NCBI GenBank assembly: GCA_951406725.2 | Contig: OX597814.1 | Location: forward strand, 193,936,001-194,000,000 | Direction of reading: 5' to 3' | DNA length: 64,000 bases | Source: Octopus vulgaris | Taxonomy: Eukaryota | Shown: piece by piece, positions 12,743-23,425 of the stretch | How positions within the stretch are numbered: position 1 is the first letter of the stretch | Layout: each line of letters begins with the position of its first letter | Position numbers and translations under genes: made by a program | Notes under the pieces: generated by a model | The model's database searches: none | Told to the model about the DNA's origin: nothing | Seen by the model: the letters and a program-made list of their open reading frames with translations, nothing else

Positions 12743-12805
12743 AGATAACCGAAGAGATGGTGTTGTGGATTTCCACTTCGGCATCTGAAACTCAGAGTTT
12801 TATCT
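12743..12805 (+). ncRNA. Candidate variant minimal type-I hammerhead ribozyme in the Penelope 3' end
   Basis: Stem I AGATAA/TTATCT; core CCGAAGA (CUGANGA with U4C); stem II GATG..GTGG-attt-CCAC..CATC plus one extra T; GAAA; quasi-palindromic stem III CTC-A-GAG; UH = TT. Confidence 0.6.
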
Positions 12806-12903
12806 TGACTACCGAGTAATGTAACATATTGTATAGATAAATTTCCTCTATTTACATAATATTGAGGTCTCTTTCTTTCTTTTGTTATCTTACCGTTTTA
12901 TCA

Positions 12904-12904
<1 letters not shown>

Positions 12905-12935
<31 letters not shown>

Positions 12936-13550
12936 GCATATATATATATACATTATATATACATACATATATACATGTATAATATATATACATTTATATA
13001 TATACATATACATAAATATATATGCATATATATACGCATACATATATACATGCGTATACATATGCATATATACGTATACATATATACATATACATATATA
13101 TATATTTATTTATTTATTTATATATATATATAAGAATGTATGTATATATGTGTGTGTGTGTGTTTGTACTCGCATGTGTGTATGTGCTGGTAGATAAGTA
13201 TGTATGCATTTGTAGGAAATGTATGTGTGCGTGTGTGTGTGTCTCAGCGCGCGCGCGCGTGTATTTATTTGTTTGTAACAATTATTACGTTTATTTTCAT
13301 ACCTGATTTTCTTAACGTTTTATTTTTAGTTTGTTAGAAATATATATGTGAGTGGTTATGAGATATACAAACATAAATATTATGATATCTATATATATAC
13401 AGACGGCTGATAAACTGATATATATATGAATGATTTCATGCAGAAGAGTGTGAACATATATATATATATAATATACATATATATAAGTGTGAGTGTTTGT
13501 GTGTGCGTGTGTATGCGTGTGTGTGTGTATAATATATATATGTATGTATG

Positions 13551-13587
<37 letters not shown>

Positions 13588-13592
13588 ATACA

Positions 13593-13633
<41 letters not shown>

Positions 13634-13676
13634 AAATATGTATATATATGCATATATATATGTATGTATGTATGTA

Positions 13677-13757
<81 letters not shown>

Positions 13758-13875
13758 ATAATATATATATATATATGTATATATATATATTTGTATATTC
13801 TATATATAAACACATATATATTATATATATAGATGTATCATATATATATATATTTCATATATATTTCATATATAT

Positions 13876-13917
<42 letters not shown>

Positions 13918-14020
13918 CATGCATATGCACACACACGCACATACAGACACGCATACATATAAACACATACACACACACACACACACATACACACGCGCGC
14001 ACCACACGCACATACACATA
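12905..14020. repeat. Compound (TA)/(TG)/(CA) microsatellite tract
   Basis: Direct inspection. Confidence 0.9.
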
Positions 14021-14824
14021 TCTATTAAGCCTTGCATTCTGCCTGTTTTAAACCTGTTAGACGCACTCCCCAACCAGCGGTTCGTGTGGAAGGTAACAAC
14101 CCTATTGGAAGCCCCACCAGTTAAGAAATGCACCGAAAAAATGTTATGGTACCCTATCCCAGTCGATACTGTTGATATTATTAATATTTTTATACGGGAA
14201 GGTGAATTAGTACTCGCTGCTCACGGCAAAAACATACAATTGCTTAGTGGGTTGTAGGGAGAGCCATAAATAAGGTCAGGGGTAGCGGGTGCTTTTGAAG
14301 AAACCTCGACCACAAAGGTAGGCTGCTGTTGCTGTTGTTGCTGTTGTTGTTGTTGTTGTTGTTGTTTTTGTTGGGACCCACTTCAACCCTAATCGAGCAG
14401 ACAGACTTTTGATTAATGTCATTCCCTCCCAGACCATACCCCTTTTTTTTTTATATGACTACGAGGGACTTACACTGTATATTATCTAAGATGGTAAGGT
14501 ATAAAAGTAAGAACAACTTGTTTGCTATTTCTAGCAGGTAAAACGACCACGAACGGGTTTCTTCAGGTGTTAGTTATGTTACGTATATTGTTTCGTATTG
14601 CCAGAGATGCTCCCCCAATTATTGTTTCTAATTTAGACACAAGGCCAGCAATTTTGAAGGGAAGGGGTTAGACGATGCTATCAAGGTCAGTACTTGACTG
14701 GTACTTTAATTTATCAATCCCGGAGGATTGAAAAGGAAGGCACAGTTGATCTCGTTATAAATTTAGGGCTTAATCCAGTCATGAAGAAACTGCGGCCCGC
14801 GTGATATTCTCTCCTTTTTTTTTT

Positions 14825-15232
14825 TACTCTTTTACTTGTTTCAGCCATTTGACTGCGGCCTTCCTGGAGCACAGCCTTTTAGTCGAGCAAATCGATCCCA
14901 TGACTTATTCTTTGTAAGCCTAGTACTTATCCTATCGGTCTCTTTTGCAGAACCGCTAAGTTACGGGGACGTAAACACACCAGCATCGGTTGTCAAGCGA
15001 TGTTGGGGGGACAAACACAGACACACAAACATATACACACACATACATATATATACATATACATATATACGACTGGCTTCTTTCAGTTTCCAGCTACCAA
15101 ATCCACTCACAAGGCTTTGGTCGGCCCAAGGCTATAGTAGAAGGCACTTGCCCAAGGTGCCACGCAGTGGGACTGAACCCGGAACTATGTGGTTGGTAAG
15201 CAAGCTACTTACCACACAGCCACTCCTACGCC
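14825..15232 (-). mobile_element. SINE family A
   Basis: Full-length reverse copy ending ccactcctacgcc. Confidence 0.9.
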
Positions 15233-15862
15233 TATTGTGAACGAAAAATTAGCTTGGATTTTCCTTTTTAGCAGTGCAGCTCGCTTGACGATGATCCATG
15301 TCTTATGCGGTCCGCTTGATGACGAGCCATATTTCACGAATCCCGTTTCTCAAAAGAAAAAAAGGTTACCCGTGCCTGGTGTAATCGATACTATCGGCAT
15401 CAATACTTGACTGATATTTCATTTTATTGATCCAGGTGGAACAAAGGACAAAGCTGATTTCGTTGGAAGGCGTAAGGATAGAAATTTAGTGAGAGGGAAC
15501 AGTCGATCATATTGACCACTGTGCTTGACTCGTAGTTTTTATTTTAGCGATTCTGGAAGGTTAAAAGCAAAGGTGACTTCAACGGATTCGAAATTAGGAC
15601 GTAAAAGGCCGAAACAAATGCCGCAATCATTTATCCGACGCGCTTATCCACCATTCTAATTCTCCTCTGATTTATGTTTTAATTGTTCAGTCTAGTTTGT
15701 GCTAATTGTTGCTGTTAATCTCACGTCATTCTTGATTTAACAGATTTTTTTTAGCAAAAATGCTACTGCAGTGACGTATCAGTTTTTTTTTTTATTATCA
15801 TTCAGTCGGTATTTCGAGGACGACATATTTCATATGCCCTTCTTTTATAACGTGGTTGTTAT

Positions 15863-15975
15863 AATCTAGCACCCCCACTCAGCTCAAAACAATATCTGTG
15901 TATCGCGATGAAGAGAAATAACCCAGAAATCGCGATACACAGATATTGTTTTCAGCTGAGTTAGGGTGCTAGATT
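15863..15975. repeat. 47-bp inverted repeat / hairpin with 19-nt loop
   Basis: aatctagcacccccactcagctcaaaacaatatctgtgtatcgcgat pairs with atcgcgatacacagatattgttttcagctgagttagggtgctagatt (three mismatches). Confidence 0.9.
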
Positions 15976-16292
15976 CCCTTGTTCAAAAATATAAGGACAC
16001 AGATCGTGTCGAATAGCCAGCTGGAGACTATGTCTCCTGGGGCTAAATTACAGCAACATTAGTCCTAAACCAGGACTGTCATGTTATGTTGGCAAACAGT
16101 CTTTACTAGATGGTTTTGTTGTTTTCATTAACTAGGATTATGATGTGACCATGTTATTAAGTTATGATACACAAGTGTAGTGTGTCACTACGTTCCATAG
16201 GTAACTCAATACTCACTGCACTGTTGCAAATATAATAACATTGTTATTTTATTTCCAGCAGTTTCACAGTATTACTGTTTCATATGCATATA

Positions 16293-16590
16293 TAGGCGCA
16301 GGAGTGGCTGTGAGGTAAGAAGCTTGCTTCTCAACCACATTGTTCTGGGTTCAGTTCCACTGCGTGGCACCTTGGGCAAGTGTCTTCTACTGTAGCCTCT
16401 GGCCGACCAAAGCCTTGTGAGTGGATTTGGTAGGCGGAAACTGTAAGACACCCGCCGTATATGTGTGTGTGTGTGTGTTTGTCCCCCCCACCATCGCTTG
16501 TCAATCGATGTTGGTGTGTTTACGTCCCCGTAACTTAGCGGTTCGGCAAAAGAGACTGATAGAATAAGTACTATGCTTACAAAGAATATG
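16293..16590 (+). mobile_element. SINE family A, 3'-truncated
   Basis: Family A head and body, tail missing. Confidence 0.85.
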
Positions 16591-16675
16591 TGCATTAAAA
16601 TGATTATACTTTTACAACACACAAACCGTTTTAACAATTTTTTTACATAATTCCTAATAATATTATTTAAATATA

Positions 16676-17300
16676 AAGGTGGAAGTATAAGTCACCCAAC
16701 ACACAAACCGAGCTTTCGGAATTTTTTTTTTTCAGCAGATTCCTAGGTTTTCGATGACGGAGTTTCCGAATATGCAAAAAATCACGTTTTCAAAATTTTA
16801 AATTCCACCCCCGCCACTCCCCCAGATTTTTTAATTTTTAACATTTTTCGAATTTTTTTTTTCAATATACGTGAGAAAATATGAGAAGCAAAAAATTAAT
16901 TAATTTCAAATTTTATTTGAAAAACTCCAAATTTGATCCACACACCCCTCGTCACCCAACAAAAGAGGGTGCGCAACAATTTCTACCGCTCACTGAAAAT
17001 GAACGGCTGAAACAAGTGAAACAGCATGTTTTACATACCTGTTATATATGTCGGTCTTGTTTTTCCGCTTTAAAGGTAAACGATTCTCATAGACGTTATT
17101 ATACGATATTGTTAATCTCCGTATTTTTCCACGTAGATTGAAGAAAAAATTTCGAAAAATGTTAAAAATTAAAAAATTGGGTGATTTTTTGCATATTTGG
17201 AATCTCCGTCATCAGAAACCTAGGAACCCGCTGAGAAAAAGAAAAAGAATTTCCGAAAGCTCGGTTTTTGTGTGTGGGTGGAGTGACTGTCGTCCACCAG
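16676..17300. mobile_element. MITE with ~200-bp imperfect TIRs
   Basis: acacacaaaccgagctttcggaatt...cctaggttt.cgatgacggag...aatatgcaaaaaatcac mirrors gtgattttttgcatatt...ctccgtcatc...cctagg...ttccgaaagctcggtttttgtgtgt; TA-flanked. Confidence 0.8.
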
Positions 17301-17390
17301 TATAATTGTATAATAGGATTTATTTAAACATTGAATATGTATGAGGATCCATTAGAATAAAATAAGAATCAAAAGGATCCATAGAAAATT

Positions 17391-18099
17391 GGTTCTTTAC
17401 CTTTTGACCTACAGATTTAAAAAATAATTTTTTTGTATAATTTTTTGTAACTATAAACACTTTCAAACTTCGGACACTGATAGAATGTGTCATATAAAAT
17501 ATCTTTTACTCGTAGCGTTTTTGAGAAAAACTTATATTTACGAAGTTATTTCATGTCAAAGTAGTCCTATTTCGGTAATTTCAACCAATCAATGACGTGT
17601 ATTCAGCTGAATAAAATTACTGCCGTTGTTTGTCGACAAGAACCTCCAGCGGTGTTTATTTCGTTTGTCACTGTTATTTATGACAATCCTAATCCTAAAA
17701 CCCTAACCCTGACCCTAAAACCTTAACCCTAACCCTAACCCTTACCCTAAAACCCTAACCTTAACTCTAAAACCCTAACCCTAAAACTTTAAAGCTAAAA
17801 CCAATACAAACGCACGAACGATGTCATAAATAACAGTGACAAACGAAAAATACACCGCCGATAGTCGTTGACAAACAACAGCAGTAATTTTATTCAGCTG
17901 AATACACGTCATTGATTGGTTGAAATTACCGAAATAGGCCTACTTTAACGTGAAATAATTTCGTAAATATAAGTTTTTCCTCAAAAACGCTCAGAGTAAA
18001 ATATGTTTTATATGACACATTCTACCAGTGTCCGAAGTATGAAAGTGTTTAGTTACAAAAAATTAATTTTTAAATCTGTCGGTCAAAAGGTAAAGATCC
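17391..18099. mobile_element. Fold-back MITE with ~290-bp TIRs and a telomere-like (CCCTAA/CCCTAAAA) core
   Basis: Arms ~17391-17685 and ~17822-18099 (gg[a/t]tctttaccttttgacc / ggtcaaaaggtaaagatcc). Centre 17686-17790 is degenerate CCCTAA repeats. Confidence 0.85.
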
Positions 18100-18509
18100 A
18101 AAAATGTTTGAGAACCACTGAAATACAGTAACTTTAATCTAGTCTCCTAACATAAAAAACATCCCCATCTGTGATATAATCATTCTGTATAGATGTGTGC
18201 GATAACCATTTATGTGTCCTCTCCGTTGAGCTAGCAAAGACGTAAATCCTGCCAAGAGCATTATTAAAGTATATCTCTATTCACATAAGACCTTTATAGC
18301 TATTTTGATATAGATATATTTTTTTGTGTGGTGCATGTATGGAGAATAACTTTTTTAGTTTCGTAATCTATCCCTAGTGTATAATTTTTAGTGTTCCCTA
18401 TTATCTTAAGAGTGCGTACGGTAAGACTTCAATGGCAAAATTGTTAAACCGCTTCGTTTCCTCGGTTTTACAATTAGCAAGCAATTTACATCTCATTAGT
18501 AGCTCCGTT

Positions 18510-18526
18510 GATTATTATTATTATTA

Positions 18527-18605
<79 letters not shown>

Positions 18606-18819
18606 CATTATTATTATTATCATTATTATTATTATTATTATTATTATTCTATGTTTGACTTTTGTATTGCTCTCACTCTTCGATAGCATTCTCTCCTGAT
18701 CCTTTCCTTCATCTCTGAATGCCTTATTCTGTTCCCTTCAATTATCCCTAGGTACTTGTAGCTCTCCGCTGGGTCTAGTTCTTTTATTATTATTATTATT
18801 ATTATTATCATCATCATCA

Positions 18820-18853
<34 letters not shown>

Positions 18854-18894
18854 CATCATTATTATTATTATTATTATCATTATTATTATTATTA

Positions 18895-18957
<63 letters not shown>

Positions 18958-18977
18958 CATTATTATTATTATTATTA

Positions 18978-19020
<43 letters not shown>

Positions 19021-19062
19021 CATTATTATTATTATTATTATCATTATTATTATTATTATTAT
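18510..19062. repeat. (TTA)n array containing a 140-bp retrotransposon fragment
   Basis: Long TTA/TCA run interrupted at 18649-18787. Confidence 0.95.
18649..18787 (-). mobile_element. Internally deleted mini-copy of the R4/Dong-like element
   Basis: 18649-18664 equals the element 3' end (23426-23441); 18665-18787 matches RT-coding 24907-25029 with 2 mismatches. Confidence 0.9.
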
Positions 19063-19383
19063 TTGTCTAGGGGCAGTGTTTCTCATAAGGGGCCAATAAA
19101 GGGTTTGAAAGAGGAGCTGACAAATTACTATGTTTCGTGAAATTAAGATATCAAAAAAAGAAAAAAAAATTAAGCTGATCCCATCATCATGGCAAAGGAA
19201 GAGAAATCATATGGGTGCAAGCCCTTCTCTGTCTTCTCACTAATAAAGAGGTGGGAGGAGGCAAATTTTTTCAATATTTTTAGAGGTGGGGAGGGGGTCG
19301 TTATTTGTCAGTTTGTGGGCCGCTGCCCAAGAGTAACATTCTCTTCTTGTGTTTGTTTATCTTTATTTTTGGTAAAGTAGGTA

Positions 19384-19601
19384 CGAGGGAGTGCTGAGAA
19401 GTTCCTGGTTTGGGGTAAAAGAAATTACAGGCGAATCAGTTAATTATGATTTTATTCAACGTATTCACCCCTAAAATTCACACACTTGTTGCAGCGGTCC
19501 TTCAGTTTTTCTAAACCCTGTAAAAGATTTCGGAAGGTTGGGCCTCCGACCAGGCCATTCGCGATACCCTTAAAGCCAGGAGCTTTGCAGTACTCCCCCC
19601 G
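19384..19601 (-). mobile_element. Mariner-derived MITE
   Basis: TA-flanked TIRs cgagggagtgctgagaagttcctgg / ccaggagctttgcagtactccccccg. Retains the mariner C-terminus DRCNKCVNFRGEYVE* on the minus strand. Confidence 0.8.
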
Positions 19602-20406
19602 TATATAGGTTAGTAAACCTTTGACATCACTATCTCGAGTCCTAGGATTACCCGAGACCCATGGGGTCTATTTGACCGCGGTCATAACATCCCCCTAAGC
19701 GGGTCACCGGTCAGTTGCAAGTTAACTTCTCAGCTATTGCTGGAACTCATTTTCTGCTGAGAGGTATAGAGCAAAATGAAATGAAGTGTTTTGATCACGG
19801 ACAAAACACATCAATGATCTAGGAATTGAAACTGCGATCTTGCAATCGCGAGTGCAACTGTGCAACCAATAGGCCACACGTCTTCACAGACTTTTTTTTT
19901 GTGAAGAAATAAAATATTTACCGTAAGGACTTGGTAAAAGGAGCGAATGTGTATGAAAAGAGAGAACGTTTCATGATGAATAATAGGAAAGAGAGCAGAT
20001 GGAGTACAGTATATAAAGGGTGATAGATAGAGTTATTATGCACTTTGACGTTCTGAGTTCAAATCCCGTTTGGATCACCTTTGACTTACATACTTTCGAG
20101 GTCGATAAAATAAAACTCTAGTATTTAGTGTGTGGTGAGGATGTGTGTGTTTGTCAGCCTAGTGAGTGATCTACAGTGTAAATGTATGCATATGTGTGTG
20201 TGTCTACGGTGTATTGTATACGTGTTTGGTGTGAGGTGTTTATGGTGTATTCTAATGATGTAGAGTGTGTGTGCGTGTGTGTGTGTGTGTGTGTGCATAG
20301 TGTGGGTGAGAGTGAGAGAAAAACACAGACAGATAAGGACAGAGAGATGAGTGTTATGTGCATGTATGTGCGAAAGAGAGAAAGCATGTGTGTGTGTGTA
20401 TATATA

Positions 20407-20464
<58 letters not shown>

Positions 20465-20540
20465 ACCTACATAATTGGAAACTTGAAAAATTTCAAGCCA
20501 TATCTTAAACCACTACCACACACACACGCACACGCACACA

Positions 20541-20587
<47 letters not shown>

Positions 20588-21189
20588 GCACACGAAGAGA
20601 GAGGAGGTGAAAGTCTGGCTGTGTGTACGATCGTATACGTTTCATACTTAGTATGAAAGATAAATGTGTTTATAGGCAGGAATGGCAGATGTGGTTTGGG
20701 GGTGTGCTTAGTGATGTTAAACCTGGAATTGAAGCTGGCAACTTATTAAATATGAAGGGACCGATACAGGGTCCTCATTGTTTACATGTCAACTGTCAGT
20801 ATCAGAGGCCACATAAATCATAGATAATAATGTCCTATGTGTGTGTGTGTCTGTGCCTGTGTGTGAGAGAGACAAACAGACAGACAGAGATAAGGAGGAA
20901 ATGAGAGAGAAAGGGTGAGTTGGTATCTGATTAGTAGAGTGGGGACGGGGGAAGCTCAGGAAATTATTAAACCAAATTCTTCATCAAATGTAAATCAGCC
21001 CTCTCAATATCATTTGAGTTCAAATGCCACCGAGATCGACTTTGCTTTTCATCCTTTCGGGGTCGATAAAACAAGCATCAGTTGAACACCGTGGTCGATG
21101 TAATCGACTTATCCCCTTCCCCAAAACTGCCGGTCTTGTGCCAAAATTTGAAACCAATATTATTTGGTTCATAAATACATATATACATA

Positions 21190-21578
21190 CAAAGCTGAAG
21201 ATCAGTGAAAAAGAGAATACCTACGCTGAACTATAGAGAAATTTGCAGTTACTCTATCCAGATTAAAAGTTCATGTTTATACCTGTAATTATCGGAGCCC
21301 TGGGATATATAACACACTGCCTAAATACCAATCGTGACAAATTAGACTTCTCAAAACCAGAAAGAAAAAAAACTAGTTCGAAGACTACAGATTCAATCTA
21401 TCACTGGGAATGTAAAAATCTGTAAAATTTCCTAGAAGTTAAGCATTTAAATATATATGAGCGTATCTAGATATACAAATATATACATGAGAATACATAC
21501 ATAAAGCAAAATAAAATGTGCACATATACATACATACATACATACATACATACATACATACATACATACATACATACA

Positions 21579-21610
<32 letters not shown>

Positions 21611-21730
21611 AACAAACAAAAATACTCTGTTGATGATGTTGAAATTCCGATGAAGGAACCTTGATCTAGGTTAGAAACCGGTTCTTTCTCTTTTGGCAAA
21701 AAATCTTGAATTAAAAGTGAACAATGACAC
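21190..21730 (+). mobile_element. 3' fragment of an RLE-type non-LTR retrotransposon
   Basis: Translates KISEKENTYAEL*RNLQLLYPD*KFMFIPVIIGALG..., the C-terminal K-x2-Y-x2-L / PxxxGALG region of RLE LINEs; 3'UTR with (TACA)n. Confidence 0.7.
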
Positions 21731-21754
21731 ACATACATAGAATCTTTAATTTTT

Positions 21755-22135
21755 TACTTGTTTCAGTCATTAGGCTGCGACCATGTTGGGTCTCTGCCTT
21801 GAAGAATTTTTAATCGAACGAATCGACACCAATACTTAATTTTTAAAGCCAGGTATTTATGCTATCGGCCTCTTTTACCGAAACACTAGTTTACGGGAAC
21901 GTAAACACAGCACCGTTTGTCAAGCGATGATCGCGAACAAGCACAAAGCCACACACACACACGTATATATAGGGCGGGTTCCTTTCAGTTTCCGTCTGCC
22001 TAATCCACTCACATGACTTTGGTCGGTCCGAGGTTAAAGTAGAAGACACTTGCTCAAGGTGCAACGCAGTGGGACTGAACCTGGAACCATGCAACTGTGT
22101 GGTAAGAAGTTTGCTTCTTGCCACAGTCACGCCTG
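21755..22135 (-). mobile_element. Diverged SINE family A
   Basis: Recognisable ttacttgtttcagtcatt tail and aatccactcac/gggactgaacc body. Confidence 0.75.
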
Positions 22136-22527
22136 TTGATTTTGTAGTGAGAAAGTGTGCAATTGATGGTTGTGCAGTGTACCATTAGTAGATAACTTCA
22201 GTTTTCAGGCTTTAATTATCTAATTCTTTGAATATACCTCAGACAGACATCACCAAAGACGGCTGGGACAAGTGCACGTGACTGAATCGCGTCTCTCCAA
22301 CAGCATTCTCTATGACCTGCTACATCATGGTTCACTGCCTTGTTGGGGAACCAAAGATATTGTTCAAAGTCCGGCTGAATATCACTTTGAAGAGAAGCAA
22401 CATCAACTCTTCAAAAGAGGTAAACGTCACTAGCTTCTGTTCACTTAAGCTAGTTTACAATTGAAGATGCGTTTACAATATGGAGGAAAACCGCACTTAA
22501 TACAACCGAGAGAAACGGAAAAAGTGT

Positions 22528-22700
22528 GCCCTTTTTTGTCTCATTTCTGCAGCCATTGCCAGGGATACATCGGGTTCCTCAGTGCTTTTATCAATGTGAT
22601 ATTTGGAGTAGTTTTGTTCTGAAAGCTTATTCCTGAGCGCCTCAGTGGGCCCTTTTTTGTCTCATTTCTGCAGCCATTGCCAGGGATACATCGGGTTTCT
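22528..22700 (-). mobile_element. Scrambled fragment of an RLE LINE with a ~50-bp internal direct duplication
   Basis: ttctgcagccattgccagg and cctcagtgctttt..atcaatgtgatatttggagtagttt match 28225-28332; block repeated at ~22528 and ~22649. Confidence 0.6.
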
Positions 22701-23425
22701 TCAACCCAAAATTTATGCGTCTTGGTTTCACCGAAGTTCTACACCAAGGGCTGGAATGCACATTCACTAAAGGAGCCACAAATTTAGTAGAAAATGGCCA
22801 TCATCACTAAGCTATCAAGTATATTTCGGTGATGCTTTATTATTGAAAAATTTTAACGTCTGCTTAAAAACTGATAAACCAGTACTTTTCAAGAAAAATC
22901 CCTCGTGACGTCAACTGTCAGGTTTGCTGTATTACAAACCGAATAACATTAAACCGAATTAGTTTTTCTACTGATAATAGTGAAACATTGACCTCGTACA
23001 ATGACATAACTTCTTCCTGATGACACTGGAATACATAACCTCATACTGTTACACAACTTCTGACACCATGTCTCCACATACGGTTATATACATTGCATGA
23101 TGGTGTATTTTTACAAAATGCGATACAAGTTTCGTTGTACCCACTCCTTCCACTGGAGTTTTTAAAAGCCAACCTTCTGCCACGTGACGTCACAGCAGAC
23201 AATGAAAAAGTCATTTACACACCTCTCATTCACTTACTAAAACACACGAGCCGACCAATGAACCTCCGCACATTCGTTCGGACTACAAGAAACAACAGCC
23301 AAATTTCCCTTAAATCACACTCTACGTTCTGAGTTCAAATTCTACTGAGATCGGCTTTGCATTTCATCCTTTCGGGGGTGATAAAATAAATACCAGTCGA
23401 GAGGATTGTTATTATTATTATTATT

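Larger units (their letters stand above)
11148..12839. mobile_element. Penelope-like retroelement 3' end present as a near-perfect inverted duplication (palindrome)
   Basis: Arms 11148-11982 and 11996-12839 are reverse complements differing only by a 9-bp indel in an AT-rich tandem repeat; 13-bp spacer. Each arm encodes the same GIY-YIG domain. Flanked by (TA)n. Confidence 0.9.

Noticed and set aside
14836-15240. Recurrent ORFs such as [14 protein letters not shown] / [22 protein letters not shown]
   Set aside because: Chance frames within SINE family A; they recur because the repeat recurs.
17686-17790. True telomere or chromosome fusion site
   Set aside because: Short, degenerate, single orientation and enclosed by MITE TIRs.
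21641-21690. Hammerhead-like motif (CCGATGA..aacct/aggtt..GAAA CCGG TT) in an RLE LINE 3'UTR
   Set aside because: Stem I pairing is poor, spacing is off, and the second copy near 10330-10375 loses both the core and the palindrome.
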